The position numbers and the translations under genes are program-made. Below are positions 1-10,222 of a DNA stretch of 64,000 nt, one piece after another; positions within the stretch are counted from its first letter, which is position 1, and every line of letters starts with the position of its first letter. The stretch is from an uncultured Actinomycetota bacterium (GTDB lineage Bacteria > Actinomycetota > Actinomycetes > DATJPE01), in contig CAWKPB010000007.1 of assembly GCA_963851405.1 (NCBI GenBank), forward strand, positions 268,780 through 332,779, given 5' to 3'. Under the pieces are notes generated by a model. That model was not told the origin of the DNA and did not search any database. It saw only the letters and a program-made list of their open reading frames with translations.

Positions 1-747
1 CATCGCCACGCCTGCGATGGTGGCGTGCACACCCGAGGCGTGCACGAGGGTCCAGATGCCAAAGGCGAGCGGGGCATACACCCACCAGGTGTGGATCCGG
101 CGGTGCTGGAGGTAGGCGTACAGGCCCAGGCCGAGCGCTGCGCCCGCGAGCGGGATGAGCGCAATGCTGGAGGTGTAGAACAAGGCGATGATGGCGATTG
201 CGCCCATGTCGTCCACTACCGCGAGGGTCAGCAGGAATGCCCGCAGGGCCGGGGGCAGCGAGCGTCCCACCACCGCGAGAACGGCCAAGGCGAACGCGAT
301 GTCGGTGGCCGTCGGGATGGCCCACCCATCGCCGGCGCCAGGGGCACCCCACGCAAACGCGACGTACACCAGGGCGGGCACGATCATGCCCGCGACGGCC
401 GCGACGATTGGGAGAACCGCCTGGCTTCGGTCGCGCAAAGTGCCGACGAGCAGTTCGCGCTTGAGCTCGAGCCCGGCAATGAAGAAGAAGATCGCGAGCA
501 GGCCGTCCGCCGCCCACTTCTCGATGCTGATGTTGAGATCGAGGGCCGCCGGGCCGATCTTGAACTGGGCCACCGTCTCGTAGAACTCACGCAGCCCCGT
601 GTTGACGAAGACCAGGCCGAGGATCGCCGCCCCCAGCAGCAGCACCCCGCCGGTGGTCTCCTGCCGCAGCGCGTCGGTGATGAAGGCCCGCTCGGGCACG
701 GGGATCCGGTCGAGCAGCCGCTGCGGCGTGGGTTTGGGGCTACTCAC
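1..747 (-). CDS. nhaA: Na+/H+ antiporter NhaA, N-terminal part (gene runs off the window start)
   Basis: Minus-strand translation from a GTG at 747 gives a multi-TM protein with NhaA-like motifs (GLELKRELL, IPTATDIAFALAVLA). No stop codon before position 1. The plus-strand ORF 25..876 looks like a GC-rich antisense artefact. Confidence 0.7.
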   Translation of the reverse strand, partial: MSSPKPTPQRLLDRIPVPERAFITDALRQETTGGVLLLGAAILGLVFVNTGLREFYETVAQFKIGPAALDLNISIEKWAADGLLAIFFFIAGLELKRELLVGTLRDRSQAVLPIVAAVAGMIVPALVYVAFAWGAPGAGDGWAIPTATDIAFALAVLAVVGRSLPPALRAFLLTLAVVDDMGAIAIIALFYTSSIALIPLAGAALGLGLYAYLQHRRIHTWWVYAPLAFGIWTLVHASGVHATIAGVAM

Positions 748-886
748 CCCAATGACCCTATGCGCCGCGCCGCGAGCCCGCCCGGGCACTCCTCGCCGCC
801 GACTCCTTGTCCATGCTCAGGACACGCCGTCGTTGCCCTCCGACGTGAGTGGGCAGGGACGGCGTGTCGTGGGTAGTGGGGTGGTC

Positions 887-2860
887 CTACTCCTCGGTGC
901 CTGCGTCTAGGCCTTCACCAATCAAGGCCATGACGGCGGGGTCGGCGAGGGTGGTGACGTCGCCGAGTTCGCGGTGCTCTGCTACGTCGCGGAGCAGGCG
1001 GCGCATGATCTTTCCGGAGCGCGTCTTCGGAAGTTCGGCCACGAGCAGGATCTGGCGTGGCTTGGCAATCGGTCCGATCTCTTGGGCGACGTGGTTGCGA
1101 AGCTCCTGCAGGAAGGCGGCTCCCTCCTCCGGCGTGGTTCCTGCGTCAGCGCTACCGCGGATGATGACGAAGGCCACGATCCCCTGTCCGGTCACGGCAT
1201 CGGACGCGCCAACCACGGCCGCCTCTGCGACCGACGGGTGCGACACCAAGGCCGACTCGACCTCGGTTGTTGAGATGTTGTGTCCGGAGACGAGCATCAC
1301 GTCGTCGACGCGACCAAGCAGCCACAGGTCCCCGTCGTCGTCCTTCTTGGCCCCGTCCCCTGCAAAGTAGCGGCCAGGGAAGCGGGACCAGTAGGTGTCG
1401 ATGTAGCGCTGGTCGTCGCCCCAGATGCCACGAAGCATGGATGGCCAGGGCTCGGTGAGGACCAGGTATCCCCCGCCTCCGTCGGGCACCGAGGTGCCGG
1501 AGTCGTCGACGACATCGACCCCGACTCCGGGCAGAGCGCGCATGGCGGAGCCAGGCTTGGCCACCGTGACTCCGGGGAGCGGGCTGATCATGATGGCTCC
1601 TGTCTCGGTTTGCCACCACGTGTCAACGACTGGGACCCCATCGCCACCGATGACCCGGCGGTACCAGATCCAGGCCTCGGGGTTGATCGGCTCGCCCACC
1701 GAGCCGAGCAGCCGGATGGAGGTCAAGTCGAAGTCGGCGGGGATCTGCTCGCCCCACTTCATGAAGGTACGGATGGCTGTCGGCGCTGTGTAGAACAGCG
1801 ACACGCGGTACTTCTCCACGATCTCCCAGAACCGCCCCTGGTGTGGGGTGTCAGGGGTTCCCTCGTACATCACCTGGGTCGCCCGGTTTGCCATCGGTCC
1901 GTAGACGATGTAGCTGTGTCCGGTCACCCAGCCGACGTCGGCCGTGCACCAAAAGACGTCGGTGTCCGGCTTGAGGTCGAACACGTTCCGATGCGTATAG
2001 GCCGCCTGGGTCAGGTATCCGCCGGTGGTGTGCAGGATGCCCTTTGGCTTTCCGGTGGTCCCAGACGTGTAGAGGATGAACAGCGGATGCTCGGCGTCGA
2101 ACGCCTCGGCTTGATGCGTCTGCGGCTGTGCGTCGAGCGCCTCGTGCCACCAGACGTCGCGCCCTGGCGTCCAAGCCACCTCTTGCCCGGTTCGGCGTAC
2201 GACGAGGACGTGGCGGACGGAGCCGGCGCTGGCGGCCACGGCGGCATCTACGGCTGGCTTCAGAGCGCTCGCCGTCCCACGCCGGTATCCGCCATCCGAC
2301 GTGATGACCACGCTTGCCTGGGCGTCATCGATGCGCGATCTGAGCGCTTCGCTGGAGAAGCCGCCGAACACGACCGAGTGAGGAGCCCCGATTCGGGCGC
2401 AGGCGAGCATGGCGATCGCTGCCTCGGGAATCATCGGGAGATAGATCGCCACGCGGTCGCCCGCCTGGACACCGAGCGCGGTCAAGGCGTTCGCCGCCTG
2501 GGACACCTCGCGCAGCAAGTCCGCGTAGGTGACGGTTCGGATATCCCCCGGCTCGCCCTCGAAATGGATGGCGACTTGATCACCATGTCCGGCCTCGACA
2601 TGACGGTCGATGCAGTTCACGGCCACGTTGAGGCGCCCACCGATGAACCACCGGGAGAACGGCGCTGCCGACCAGTCGAGGACCTGGTCCCACGGCTGGG
2701 CCCAGTCCAAGGCGCGGGCCTGATCGGCCCAGAAGGCCACGTGGTCGGCGTCGGCTTCGCGGTAGAGATCTGCGGTGGCGTTGGCCGCCGCCGCAAATTC
2801 GGCACTTGGTGCGAAGTGACGGTTTTCGGTCAGGAGGTTCTCGAGAGCTTCGTGGGTCAA
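887..2860 (-). CDS. acs: acetyl-CoA synthetase (AMP-forming)
   Basis: 657 aa; AMP-binding signature [11 protein letters not shown] and C-terminal [11 protein letters not shown]; begins [10 protein letters not shown], typical of Acs. Confidence 0.95.
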   Translation of the reverse strand: MTHEALENLLTENRHFAPSAEFAAAANATADLYREADADHVAFWADQARALDWAQPWDQVLDWSAAPFSRWFIGGRLNVAVNCIDRHVEAGHGDQVAIHFEGEPGDIRTVTYADLLREVSQAANALTALGVQAGDRVAIYLPMIPEAAIAMLACARIGAPHSVVFGGFSSEALRSRIDDAQASVVITSDGGYRRGTASALKPAVDAAVAASAGSVRHVLVVRRTGQEVAWTPGRDVWWHEALDAQPQTHQAEAFDAEHPLFILYTSGTTGKPKGILHTTGGYLTQAAYTHRNVFDLKPDTDVFWCTADVGWVTGHSYIVYGPMANRATQVMYEGTPDTPHQGRFWEIVEKYRVSLFYTAPTAIRTFMKWGEQIPADFDLTSIRLLGSVGEPINPEAWIWYRRVIGGDGVPVVDTWWQTETGAIMISPLPGVTVAKPGSAMRALPGVGVDVVDDSGTSVPDGGGGYLVLTEPWPSMLRGIWGDDQRYIDTYWSRFPGRYFAGDGAKKDDDGDLWLLGRVDDVMLVSGHNISTTEVESALVSHPSVAEAAVVGASDAVTGQGIVAFVIIRGSADAGTTPEEGAAFLQELRNHVAQEIGPIAKPRQILLVAELPKTRSGKIMRRLLRDVAEHRELGDVTTLADPAVMALIGEGLDAGTEE

Positions 2861-2943
2861 GATCGCTCCTTGGCTCGGTCGCCTGCTGGTGGTCGGGCGG
2901 TGCTGCTCTCACGCTAGAGGCGTGGCCAGGATAGAAACAGGGG

Positions 2944-3744
2944 GTGCAGCCCTTCGCGGACCCCTTCGTTCCCCTGTCCCGACTCCCAGGGGTGTTCGAG
3001 GCTGTCGACGCAGCCCGCGGGTCGGTGGACGCGTTGTTGCGCGAACTGCGTGTGCCAGAGGTTCGGCCGCTGGTGGTCGAGGTGACCGCGGAAGCCGTTC
3101 GAATCGGTGCCTGGGCCTCGGCCGCTCTGGACGGACGCGAGGGCCCGCTCGAGACCTTCGTGGCCCCCGTCGCCGATCGGTTCGGGGCGGGTGCATTGCG
3201 GCTTGGGGCCGAGCTGTCGTCCTTGGCCGGAGCCTGGTCTGCGGCGCCTTTGCAGGCCATGGCTCGGATGCACGTCCTCAGTGCCGCAGGGGGCGTAGAC
3301 GAGGCCGAGTTGGGTCGACCCGTGAGCGTTGAGTCGGCCGCCCGGCTCGAGGGGCTGTCCGAGGTGGTCTCCAGGCCGACCGCGGCACCCGCCGTGGTCG
3401 TGGCCGCGATCGTGCAGGGCGAGGTCCTGGCCGTCCAGGCTTTCGGTGCCGAATCCGGGCTGGTGGCCCGCGCAGCCTCCCGTTGCGTGCTGATGACGCG
3501 GGGCGTGGATCCGCGGGCCGCCTCGATTCCGGAGTTGGGTCACCTCGAGCAGGGCAAGGAGAAGTACGAACGGGCGCTCGCGGGCTACCGCAGCGGGAGC
3601 ACCGAGGGTGTTGTGGAGTGGATCGTGCATTGCGCCCAGGCGGTTGCGCTCGGGGGGCAGGCTGGCCGTCGCGTCAGTGCAGACGTGCGGGCGGCGCTCC
3701 GCACGGGGGGTCGGAGCGCCGCCACTAACCGTCAGTCTGGGTGA
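2944..3744 (+). CDS. conserved hypothetical protein (Ala-rich, no recognisable motif)
   Basis: 266-aa ORF in a coding-looking frame, convergent with the HAD hydrolase gene. No motif I can assign. Confidence 0.45.
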   Translation: MQPFADPFVPLSRLPGVFEAVDAARGSVDALLRELRVPEVRPLVVEVTAEAVRIGAWASAALDGREGPLETFVAPVADRFGAGALRLGAELSSLAGAWSAAPLQAMARMHVLSAAGGVDEAELGRPVSVESAARLEGLSEVVSRPTAAPAVVVAAIVQGEVLAVQAFGAESGLVARAASRCVLMTRGVDPRAASIPELGHLEQGKEKYERALAGYRSGSTEGVVEWIVHCAQAVALGGQAGRRVSADVRAALRTGGRSAATNRQSG

Positions 3745-3987
3745 CCAGGCGTGCTCTCCTCGTAGTCGTCGGGACGGTACAAGCCCGTCCGACGGCCCTG
3801 ACGTGGGCTGATCGCCGCGTGGGTGCCCAGGTGCCGGCCCCTCTTTGATACTCGCCTCCCGGGGCGAAGGGAACCCCTAGGCGGCGTGTCGTCAGGCGGA
3901 GACCTGATGTCGTCCGCTCAGCGACACAGGCCACCCGTGGGCCACCCGGTGGGCACCCCGACGTTCATCCGGTGCGGCCGCAGGGGC

Positions 3988-4854
3988 TCAGACGGTCGAT
4001 TTGGCCCGGTGCCGGAGGTACCAGACGAGTCCGGCGGTCGCCGCGCTCGCCACCACCACCGCAGTGGCCGTTTGTCGCGCGGGCATGTCGTTGACGTGGG
4101 GCAGCCTGCGGCGAAGGCCGATGGGAGTGGCGAAGGTCAGGATCGGCCACCCGCGTTCCTCGGCGATCGCGCGTAGTCCCTTGTCCGGGTTGACCGCGGC
4201 GGGAAACCCGACGGTCTCGAGCATCGGCGCGTCGGTCTCGGAATCGCTGTAGGCGTAGGAGGTCGCGAGGTCGTAGCCCTCGCGTTCTGCTAGCTCCTGG
4301 ATCGCTTCGGCCTTGAACGGGCCGTAGGCGTAGAACTCGATGTCGCCGGTGTAGCAGCCGTCTTCGACGACCATGAGGGTGGCGATGACACCATCGGCGC
4401 CGAGGAGGGCTCCGATCGGCCCCACGATCTCGGCCCCGCTGCTGCTGACGATGATGACCTCGCGCCCCGCCGCATGATGCTCCTCGATGAGGGCGGCCGC
4501 CTCGGCGTAGATGAGCGGGTCGATCAGATCGTGCAGGGTCTCAGCCACGATGGCTCGAACTTGGTCAACGTCCCATCCGGCGCACAAAGCCGAGAGGTAC
4601 TCCCGCATCCGCTCGAGCTGGTCGTGATCGGCGCCGTTCATGACGTACACGAATTGCGCGAACGCGCTGCGCAGGACCGCTCGGCGGTTGATCAACCCGG
4701 CCCGGCTGAACGAACGGCTGAAGGCCAGCGTGCTGGACTTGGCGATGATCGTCTTGTCCAGATCGAAGAACGCGGCGCTGCGGCTGGTCACGCCCTCGAT
4801 GCTAAGACCTCGCTGGCGGGAAAGCCGGTCGCCAAGGCCCGTCGGGAGGCTCAC
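3988..4854 (-). CDS. HAD-IB family hydrolase (phosphoserine-phosphatase-like)
   Basis: HAD motif I FFDLDKTII near the N-terminus; 288 aa with a hydrophobic C-terminal tail. The position between acs and the tad locus mirrors mycobacterial synteny. Confidence 0.8.
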   Translation of the reverse strand: MSLPTGLGDRLSRQRGLSIEGVTSRSAAFFDLDKTIIAKSSTLAFSRSFSRAGLINRRAVLRSAFAQFVYVMNGADHDQLERMREYLSALCAGWDVDQVRAIVAETLHDLIDPLIYAEAAALIEEHHAAGREVIIVSSSGAEIVGPIGALLGADGVIATLMVVEDGCYTGDIEFYAYGPFKAEAIQELAEREGYDLATSYAYSDSETDAPMLETVGFPAAVNPDKGLRAIAEERGWPILTFATPIGLRRRLPHVNDMPARQTATAVVVASAATAGLVWYLRHRAKSTV

Positions 4855-5011
4855 CCCTCGCCTCTAGATGTGTCGATCTGATCACGAGTCGTGACAAGTT
4901 CACCCGAATAGCGCACAGTCCTGGGGTTTGCGGACCGACCCCTCCTGGGTAGACCATGGGGGAGCCGGCGAAAGAGCTGGTTGCTCGGTCCGACCCCTCC
5001 CCCCCGGGCCT

Positions 5012-5046
5012 GGACCGCAGCGACGACCCCCGCTATCCCCCCCAGC
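5012..5046. promoter_or_regulatory. perfect 13-bp inverted repeat (gacgacccccgct / agcgggggtcgtc) with a 9-nt C-rich loop, in the divergent HAD / tad-operon intergenic region
   Basis: Read directly from the sequence at 5012-5046. A near-direct repeat cggNccgacccctcc lies at about 4931 and 4986. Confidence 0.5.
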
Positions 5047-5241
5047 GGGGGTCGTCCCTTGTCCGCACTCGGGTGGACCCATCAACAGTGCGCATCGCGC
5101 CGATCACCCACAGTGATCGTTTGGCCGATCTCCCCAGGCCCCAGTTATCCACGTCTCCCGGCGCCAGGGTTGGCCCCCGGGTACGGCCGGGGCAGGGTCG
5201 CTGGCCTCAGTTCGTGCCGGCGACAGCAGCGGAGGCCACCC

Positions 5242-6354
5242 ATGACGTCCACCACCAAGTCCGCGGGAGGAACCAGTCCCCGAGTGCTGGTGGCGACCAG
5301 TGATCGAGGTCTGCTCGACGATCTCCTGCGGCTCGCGGCCGCCGCCGGCGTCGAGGTGGAGGTGGCAGCCGACGCCGGTGCGGCGCGTAGGAGCTGGGCG
5401 CGCGCTGCGGGAGTCGTCGTGGGAGATGACCTGGGCCCGGACTTGCTCCTTCGTCCCCCCGCGAGGCGCGAGGGGGTGATCCTCCTCGGCATCGATCAGG
5501 ACGACGCAACGATTTGGCGGCGTGGCGTTGATCTTGGGGTGGGACATGTCGTCTTCCTGCCAGACGCCGAGCCCTGGCTGCTCGGATGGCTCGCCGATCG
5601 TGGGGATCAGCGCCGCGGGCCGCTGGGTGTCGGCCAGGTGGTTGGCGTGGTCGGCGGTCGCGGCGGAGCGGGGGCCTCCACCTTCGCCGTCGCGCTCGCG
5701 CGCGCCTCTGTTCGAGCTGGTGCCGAGACCATGCTGATTGATGCTGATCCCCTGGGTGGTGGGTTGGACCTCCTCCTCGGGCTCGAGGGCGTCGAAGGCC
5801 TCCGTTGGCCAGACCTCGCCGGTGCGCAGGGCCGGATGTCCACGACGACGTTGGGCTCGACGCTGTTGTCTGAGGATGGCTTGGGCGTTCTTGCCTGGGC
5901 GCGAGACGACCTGGTCCAGATCGAACCGCCCGCGATCGAGTCGGTGCTTGCGGCAGCTGCCCGCGGACACGACGTGGTCGTGGTGGATCTGCCGCGCAGT
6001 TTGGATCCCGCGGCGGGGCTGGCGGCGGCCCGGTGCTCGGTGATCTACCTGCTCGTCCCAGCCGAGGTGCGCGCGGTGTCGTCGGCGGCTCGGGTGGCCA
6101 ACAGCTTTCGGGCGGTGGCCCCCCAGCTGGAGGTTGTGGTGCGCGGGCCAGCGCCAGGCGGTCTCGCTGGCGAGGACATCGCGGATGCGTTGGGATGGCC
6201 ACTCGCTGGCTCGATGAAGGCCGAGCCTGGGCTGGCGCTGTGTCTTGAGCGGGGCGAGGCACCGGGGGGTCGACGGCGCTCTCCATTGGCCCGGTTGTCC
6301 GATCGCCTCATGGCCGAGCTGCTGCGTACGGAGCACCCCAACGAAGCGGCCTGA
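5242..6354 (+). CDS. CpaE/TadZ-like pilus assembly ATPase with degenerate receiver-like N-domain ('helicase/secretion neighbourhood' CpaE-like protein)
   Basis: ATG at 5242 preceded by ggagg; deviant Walker A GVVGGRGGAGASTFA, typical of MinD/ParA-like CpaE. The upstream in-frame extension (ORF from 4981) is Pro/Arg-rich and unlikely to be coding. Confidence 0.8.
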   Translation: MTSTTKSAGGTSPRVLVATSDRGLLDDLLRLAAAAGVEVEVAADAGAARRSWARAAGVVVGDDLGPDLLLRPPARREGVILLGIDQDDATIWRRGVDLGVGHVVFLPDAEPWLLGWLADRGDQRRGPLGVGQVVGVVGGRGGAGASTFAVALARASVRAGAETMLIDADPLGGGLDLLLGLEGVEGLRWPDLAGAQGRMSTTTLGSTLLSEDGLGVLAWARDDLVQIEPPAIESVLAAAARGHDVVVVDLPRSLDPAAGLAAARCSVIYLLVPAEVRAVSSAARVANSFRAVAPQLEVVVRGPAPGGLAGEDIADALGWPLAGSMKAEPGLALCLERGEAPGGRRRSPLARLSDRLMAELLRTEHPNEAA

Positions 6355-6356
6355 TC

Positions 6357-7517
6357 GTGGACACCGAACTTGTCGACCGAGTGAGGTCGCGGCTGCTCGC
6401 TGACTCCGGCGGTGACCCGCTGGCCGCGCGCGCGGTGGCTGCTGCCGTTCGGGCCGAGGGTCGAACTCTCGATGACCGCGCAGTGCTGGCCTTGGTTGAC
6501 GCGCTGCGTGAGGAACTGGTCGGCGCGGGTCCGCTCGCCGCGCTCCTCGAAGATCCGAACGTCACCGATGTTCTGGTGAATGCTCCCGACCAGATCTGGC
6601 TGGACCGCGGCCGTGGACTGGAGCCCGCGGGCCTGATCCTGCCCGACGAGGCTGCGGTCCGCAGGCTGGCCCAGCGGATGGCGGCTGCCGCAGGACGAAG
6701 ACTCGATGATGCCGCCCCGTGGTGCGACGTCCGGCTGCCCAGCGGTGTACGGCTGCACGCGATCTTGCCGCCCATCGCCAGGGCCGGTACGACGCTCTCC
6801 TTTCGGGTTCCCGCCCGACGGGCTTGGACCCTGGAGGAGTTGGGCACCGCCGGGGCGCTCGGCCCGATCGGGACGTCAGTGCTTCGGGCGGTCGTTGAAG
6901 CACGCGTGTCGTTTCTCGTCTCCGGGGGGACTGGCACCGGCAAGACGACCCTGCTGTCCACTCTTCTAGGGCTGGCCGCCTCGCGCGAGCGATTGATCCT
7001 CGTCGAGGATCTCCCCGAGTTGCGGCCGGAGCACCCTCACGTGGTCGGTCTCTCTGCTCGGCCGCCCAACGTCGAGGGGGCTGGGGCCGTCTCCCTGCGC
7101 GATCTGGTCCGGCAGGCTCTGCGCATGCGCCCGGACCGTCTGGTCGTCGGTGAGTGCAGGGGCGCCGAGGTGGTCGACTTGCTGTCGGCGATGAACACCG
7201 GCCACGACGGCGGGTGTGGAACCGTGCACACGAACTCACCTGAAGACCTGCCTGCCCGGCTCGAAGCTCTGGCTGTCGCGGCCGGCCTCACCCGAGCCGG
7301 GCTGCACTCCCAGCTGGCCAGCGCAGTGGATGTGGTCCTTCACCTAGGGCACGGAGAGCTTGGACAACGGGTTCTGCAACAGGTCGCAGTCTTGATCCGA
7401 GACCAAGAGGGGTGGGTCCAGTCGATGCCCGCGTTGGTGCGTGAGTCCGGGGATCTGCGGCCGGCTGACGGCGCTGAGTTGCTGCAGTCGTTGCTGGGCC
7501 ACCGGCTTCGCGGGTAG
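6357..7517 (+). CDS. tadA: type II/IV secretion ATPase TadA/CpaF
   Basis: Walker A SGGTGTGKTT, Asp box LILVEDLPEL, His box; GTG start overlaps the upstream stop (GTGA). Confidence 0.9.
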   Translation: MDTELVDRVRSRLLADSGGDPLAARAVAAAVRAEGRTLDDRAVLALVDALREELVGAGPLAALLEDPNVTDVLVNAPDQIWLDRGRGLEPAGLILPDEAAVRRLAQRMAAAAGRRLDDAAPWCDVRLPSGVRLHAILPPIARAGTTLSFRVPARRAWTLEELGTAGALGPIGTSVLRAVVEARVSFLVSGGTGTGKTTLLSTLLGLAASRERLILVEDLPELRPEHPHVVGLSARPPNVEGAGAVSLRDLVRQALRMRPDRLVVGECRGAEVVDLLSAMNTGHDGGCGTVHTNSPEDLPARLEALAVAAGLTRAGLHSQLASAVDVVLHLGHGELGQRVLQQVAVLIRDQEGWVQSMPALVRESGDLRPADGAELLQSLLGHRLRG

Positions 7518-7524
7518 CCCGCCC

Positions 7525-8379
7525 ATGATCCGGACCGCAGTGGTGGCTGGAGTGCTAGCCGGCACTGCAGCCTGGGCCTGGATCAGCGTTTCCCCGTCTT
7601 TGCCCGGCATGCGCCCAGAGAGCAAGCGCCGTCGGCCGAAGACCCTGAGCACGCCTGGACGCTCGGCGGTCTCCATCGGTGGTGTGGCCGTCGGCCTCGT
7701 TGCGGTGCTGGTGGGCTCTGCGCAGGTGGTGGTCACGTTGGTCCTCGTCTCGGTTGGAGCCTTTGCTCTGCGGCAGCGCAGACAGAATCAACGGCTCGCT
7801 TTCGAGCAGCGGTTGGCCGCCGCGGTCGCCGAGGTCGTTGGCTCCCTGGGGGCCGACGTCGCGGCCGGGGCCGTACCACTGGAGTCCCTGTCCGCGGCCG
7901 CGACCGAGTGTGCGTCCTCGTCAGCTGGCTCCGGTCGAACCACTTTGGGTCAGTGCCTGGACGCCGCGGTCTCTGCGGGACGCCTCGGAGGCGATGTCTG
8001 CGGCGAGCTTCGACGGTTGGCCGAGCGGCCGGGCGCCGAGGGCCTTCGCGACCTAGCGATCGCTTGGGAGGTGGCCGAGCGGTGTGGGGCTCGGGTCGCG
8101 GTCGTCCTCGAGGGGGTGATCGAGGGGCTCACCGAGAAGCAGGCCGCACGAAGCGCGGTGGATGCCTCGCTCGCGGGGGCCAGGGCGTCGGCTCGGCTCC
8201 TCGCAGCGCTCCCCGTCTTCGGCCTTGGCATGGGTGCGGCACTGGGTGCCCATCCGTTCGCCTTTCTGGTGGGTCATCCGGTCGGTCGAGGGTGCCTGTT
8301 TGCTGGTCTGGGGCTGGAGGCCACTGGGGTCTGGTGGACGGAACGTCTCGCTGCTGCTGCCAGACGACGGGCCTCATGA
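7525..8379 (+). CDS. tadB: TadB-like pilus assembly inner-membrane protein
   Basis: ATG at 7525 in frame with ORF 7441..8379, just after the tadA stop; hydrophobic N- and C-terminal segments; position in the tad operon. Confidence 0.7.
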   Translation: MIRTAVVAGVLAGTAAWAWISVSPSLPGMRPESKRRRPKTLSTPGRSAVSIGGVAVGLVAVLVGSAQVVVTLVLVSVGAFALRQRRQNQRLAFEQRLAAAVAEVVGSLGADVAAGAVPLESLSAAATECASSSAGSGRTTLGQCLDAAVSAGRLGGDVCGELRRLAERPGAEGLRDLAIAWEVAERCGARVAVVLEGVIEGLTEKQAARSAVDASLAGARASARLLAALPVFGLGMGAALGAHPFAFLVGHPVGRGCLFAGLGLEATGVWWTERLAAAARRRAS

Positions 8380-9113
8380 GCGCGCTGATCGCGGCCGCCT
8401 GTCTCGTGCTGGCTTGCTGCACCTGGCGACCGAGTCGGCCTGGCGCTGCCCGCCTGCGGCGTTTGGTCGCGTCGGTGTCCCCGCCACGAGAACGGCCACC
8501 TTCACGGCTTTCTAGGTCCATTCCGCAGGTCGTTGCCGCGGCTGTGGTCGGGCTGGGCCTCGGCGTGCTCATCGGAGGGCTCTTGGGGCTCGTCGTCGGA
8601 GTGCTCTCACCCGTGGTCGTGGTCCGGACTCTGGCTCATTTGCGTACTCGGGCCGAGAAGGAACGAGTCGAACTCATGCGCGCGGATGTTCCGTTGGTCG
8701 GAGATCTGATGGCCTCGCTGCTTCGTTCGGGCGCTGATCCGCTCAGCGCCGCGGGCGCTGTGGCGTCGTCACTGGATGGACCTTTGGCCGAGGCCATGGA
8801 TGGCTGCGTCCGCTCGCTGCGGTTGGGTGAGCCACCGGACGCGGCATGGGCGCCCTTGATGGACGACGAGGTGACGGCCGCCTTGGTACGTCCGCTGGTT
8901 CGGGCGGCCGAACGCGGTTCGTCCGCTGCCCCGGCCATGGCTCGCGCCAGCGCCGACTTGCGGCGCCAGGCGAGGGCCAGGGCGGCCGCGGCGGCGGACA
9001 CCGTCGCCGTGCGGGCCGTCGGGCCTCTTGGTGTGTGTTTCCTGCCGGCGTTCGTGTTGCTCGCCGTCGTCCCGCTCGTCGCGGGGTGGATTCTGGTCCT
9101 CATCCAAGGTTGA
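8376..9113 (+). CDS. tadC: TadC-like pilus assembly inner-membrane protein
   Basis: ATG at 8376 overlaps the tadB stop (ATGA), in frame with ORF 7908..9113; TM segments at both ends. Confidence 0.7.
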   Translation: MSALIAAACLVLACCTWRPSRPGAARLRRLVASVSPPRERPPSRLSRSIPQVVAAAVVGLGLGVLIGGLLGLVVGVLSPVVVVRTLAHLRTRAEKERVELMRADVPLVGDLMASLLRSGADPLSAAGAVASSLDGPLAEAMDGCVRSLRLGEPPDAAWAPLMDDEVTAALVRPLVRAAERGSSAAPAMARASADLRRQARARAAAAADTVAVRAVGPLGVCFLPAFVLLAVVPLVAGWILVLIQG

Positions 9114-9252
9114 GCACGACTTCTCCACAGGACATAGCGATCCCCAGATGGGGCATCCACGGCTGCGGAACTTGGGAGTTCGGCGGATCGTGAGGTCGGT
9201 CCCGGAAGCGGTCCGGGCGTGACCCCGGTCTCGGCCGGTTGGAGGTCAGCGC

Positions 9253-9462
9253 ATGGTTCTTGTTCCCTCTGTCCCCTCGAAAGACCGCGTACCCCGTCTA
9301 CGGATGGTTGAGTCTCAGGCTGGCTCAGTGACCGCCGAGTATGCCGTCGCGACCGTGGCGGCCTGCGGTTTCGCGGGCGTGCTCTACAAGATCCTCACCT
9401 CGTCTCAGGTCTTGGATCTGGTCGTCTCGTTGTTCACCAAGGCCCTGAGCCTCATCTTCTGA
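9253..9462 (+). CDS. flp: Flp-like prepilin (DUF4244-type small pilin); alternative start 9304
   Basis: 69 aa; ...SQAG/SVTAEYAVATVAACGFAGVL matches the Flp G/XXXXEY processing motif followed by a hydrophobic helix. Confidence 0.6.
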   Translation: MVLVPSVPSKDRVPRLRMVESQAGSVTAEYAVATVAACGFAGVLYKILTSSQVLDLVVSLFTKALSLIF

Positions 9463-9470
9463 CCCGCGCC

Positions 9471-9845
9471 ATGAACGCCGTTCGTAGGACCCCAGCCAGA
9501 GACCGGGGGGCCGCCACCGCCGAGATCGCGGTGGCACTGCCCGTGCTGTTGGCCATCGTTTGGCTGCTCTTGGGGGTCCTTCGGATCGGGCATGCACAGG
9601 TGGACAACCAGGACGCCGCGCGGGCCGCAGCTCGCGCGGCGTCTCGCGGCGAGACCAGCGAAGTCGTACAACGGACGGCCCAGCTTGCAGCCGGCGGCGC
9701 CGACGTATTCATCGAGCGAGTCGATGGTCTCTTGGTCGTCGAGGTGAGCAGTGCGGTCCCGTGGCTCGGCCCCTGGCACCTTGCCCCGGTCACCGTGCGC
9801 GGGCGAGCAGTCGCCTACCCGCAGACATCGATAGGCGCGTCGTGA
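9471..9845 (+). CDS. TadE-like pilus pseudopilin
   Basis: 124 aa; N-terminal RGAATAEIAVALPVLLAIV is a TadE-family signature. Confidence 0.65.
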   Translation: MNAVRRTPARDRGAATAEIAVALPVLLAIVWLLLGVLRIGHAQVDNQDAARAAARAASRGETSEVVQRTAQLAAGGADVFIERVDGLLVVEVSSAVPWLGPWHLAPVTVRGRAVAYPQTSIGAS

Positions 9846-10222
9846 CCGGGCCTCCCCGGCTGCGTGGCGAGCTGGGCTCCGGCTCCATCTGGGTGCTGAT
9901 CGCTGCGCTCATGGTGATGGCCCTCGGGCTGATGGTCGTGCTGACTCTCGGGCTGGCTGCCGCGCGCGCCCGAGCGGCTACCGCAGCCGATCTGGCGGCC
10001 CTGGCGGCCGCGGGATCGCCCCAGGCGGCGTCCCCTTGTGCTCTCGCTGCCCACGTAGCGGCTGCCCACGACGCGGCGCTGCAGCGCTGCCTCGTGCGAC
10101 GCACTCCCCTCGGGTCGATCGTCGACGTCGAGGTCACCACGTCGTGGTCCGTGGCGATTCCTGGCGGTCTTACGGTGCGTTCGCGGGCCGGCCCCGTAGA
10201 AGCGCGCGAAGCAGCCGGGTAG
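9842..10222 (+). CDS. second TadE-like protein ('helicase/secretion neighbourhood' TadE-like)
   Basis: GTG at 9842 overlaps the previous stop (GTGA), in frame with ORF 9560..10222; N-terminal hydrophobic segment WVLIAALMVMALGLMVV; Ala-rich. Confidence 0.55.
   Translation: MTGPPRLRGELGSGSIWVLIAALMVMALGLMVVLTLGLAAARARAATAADLAALAAAGSPQAASPCALAAHVAAAHDAALQRCLVRRTPLGSIVDVEVTTSWSVAIPGGLTVRSRAGPVEAREAAG

Noticed and set aside
1280-2917. 545-aa plus-strand ORF
   Set aside because: It lies entirely antisense to the well-supported acs gene. Its Arg/Gly/Pro-rich low-complexity translation is typical of out-of-frame GC-rich DNA.
5104-6336. 410-aa and 359-aa minus-strand ORFs across the CpaE-like gene
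   Set aside because: They are antisense to a gene with clear motifs. The translations are Pro/Arg-rich junk.
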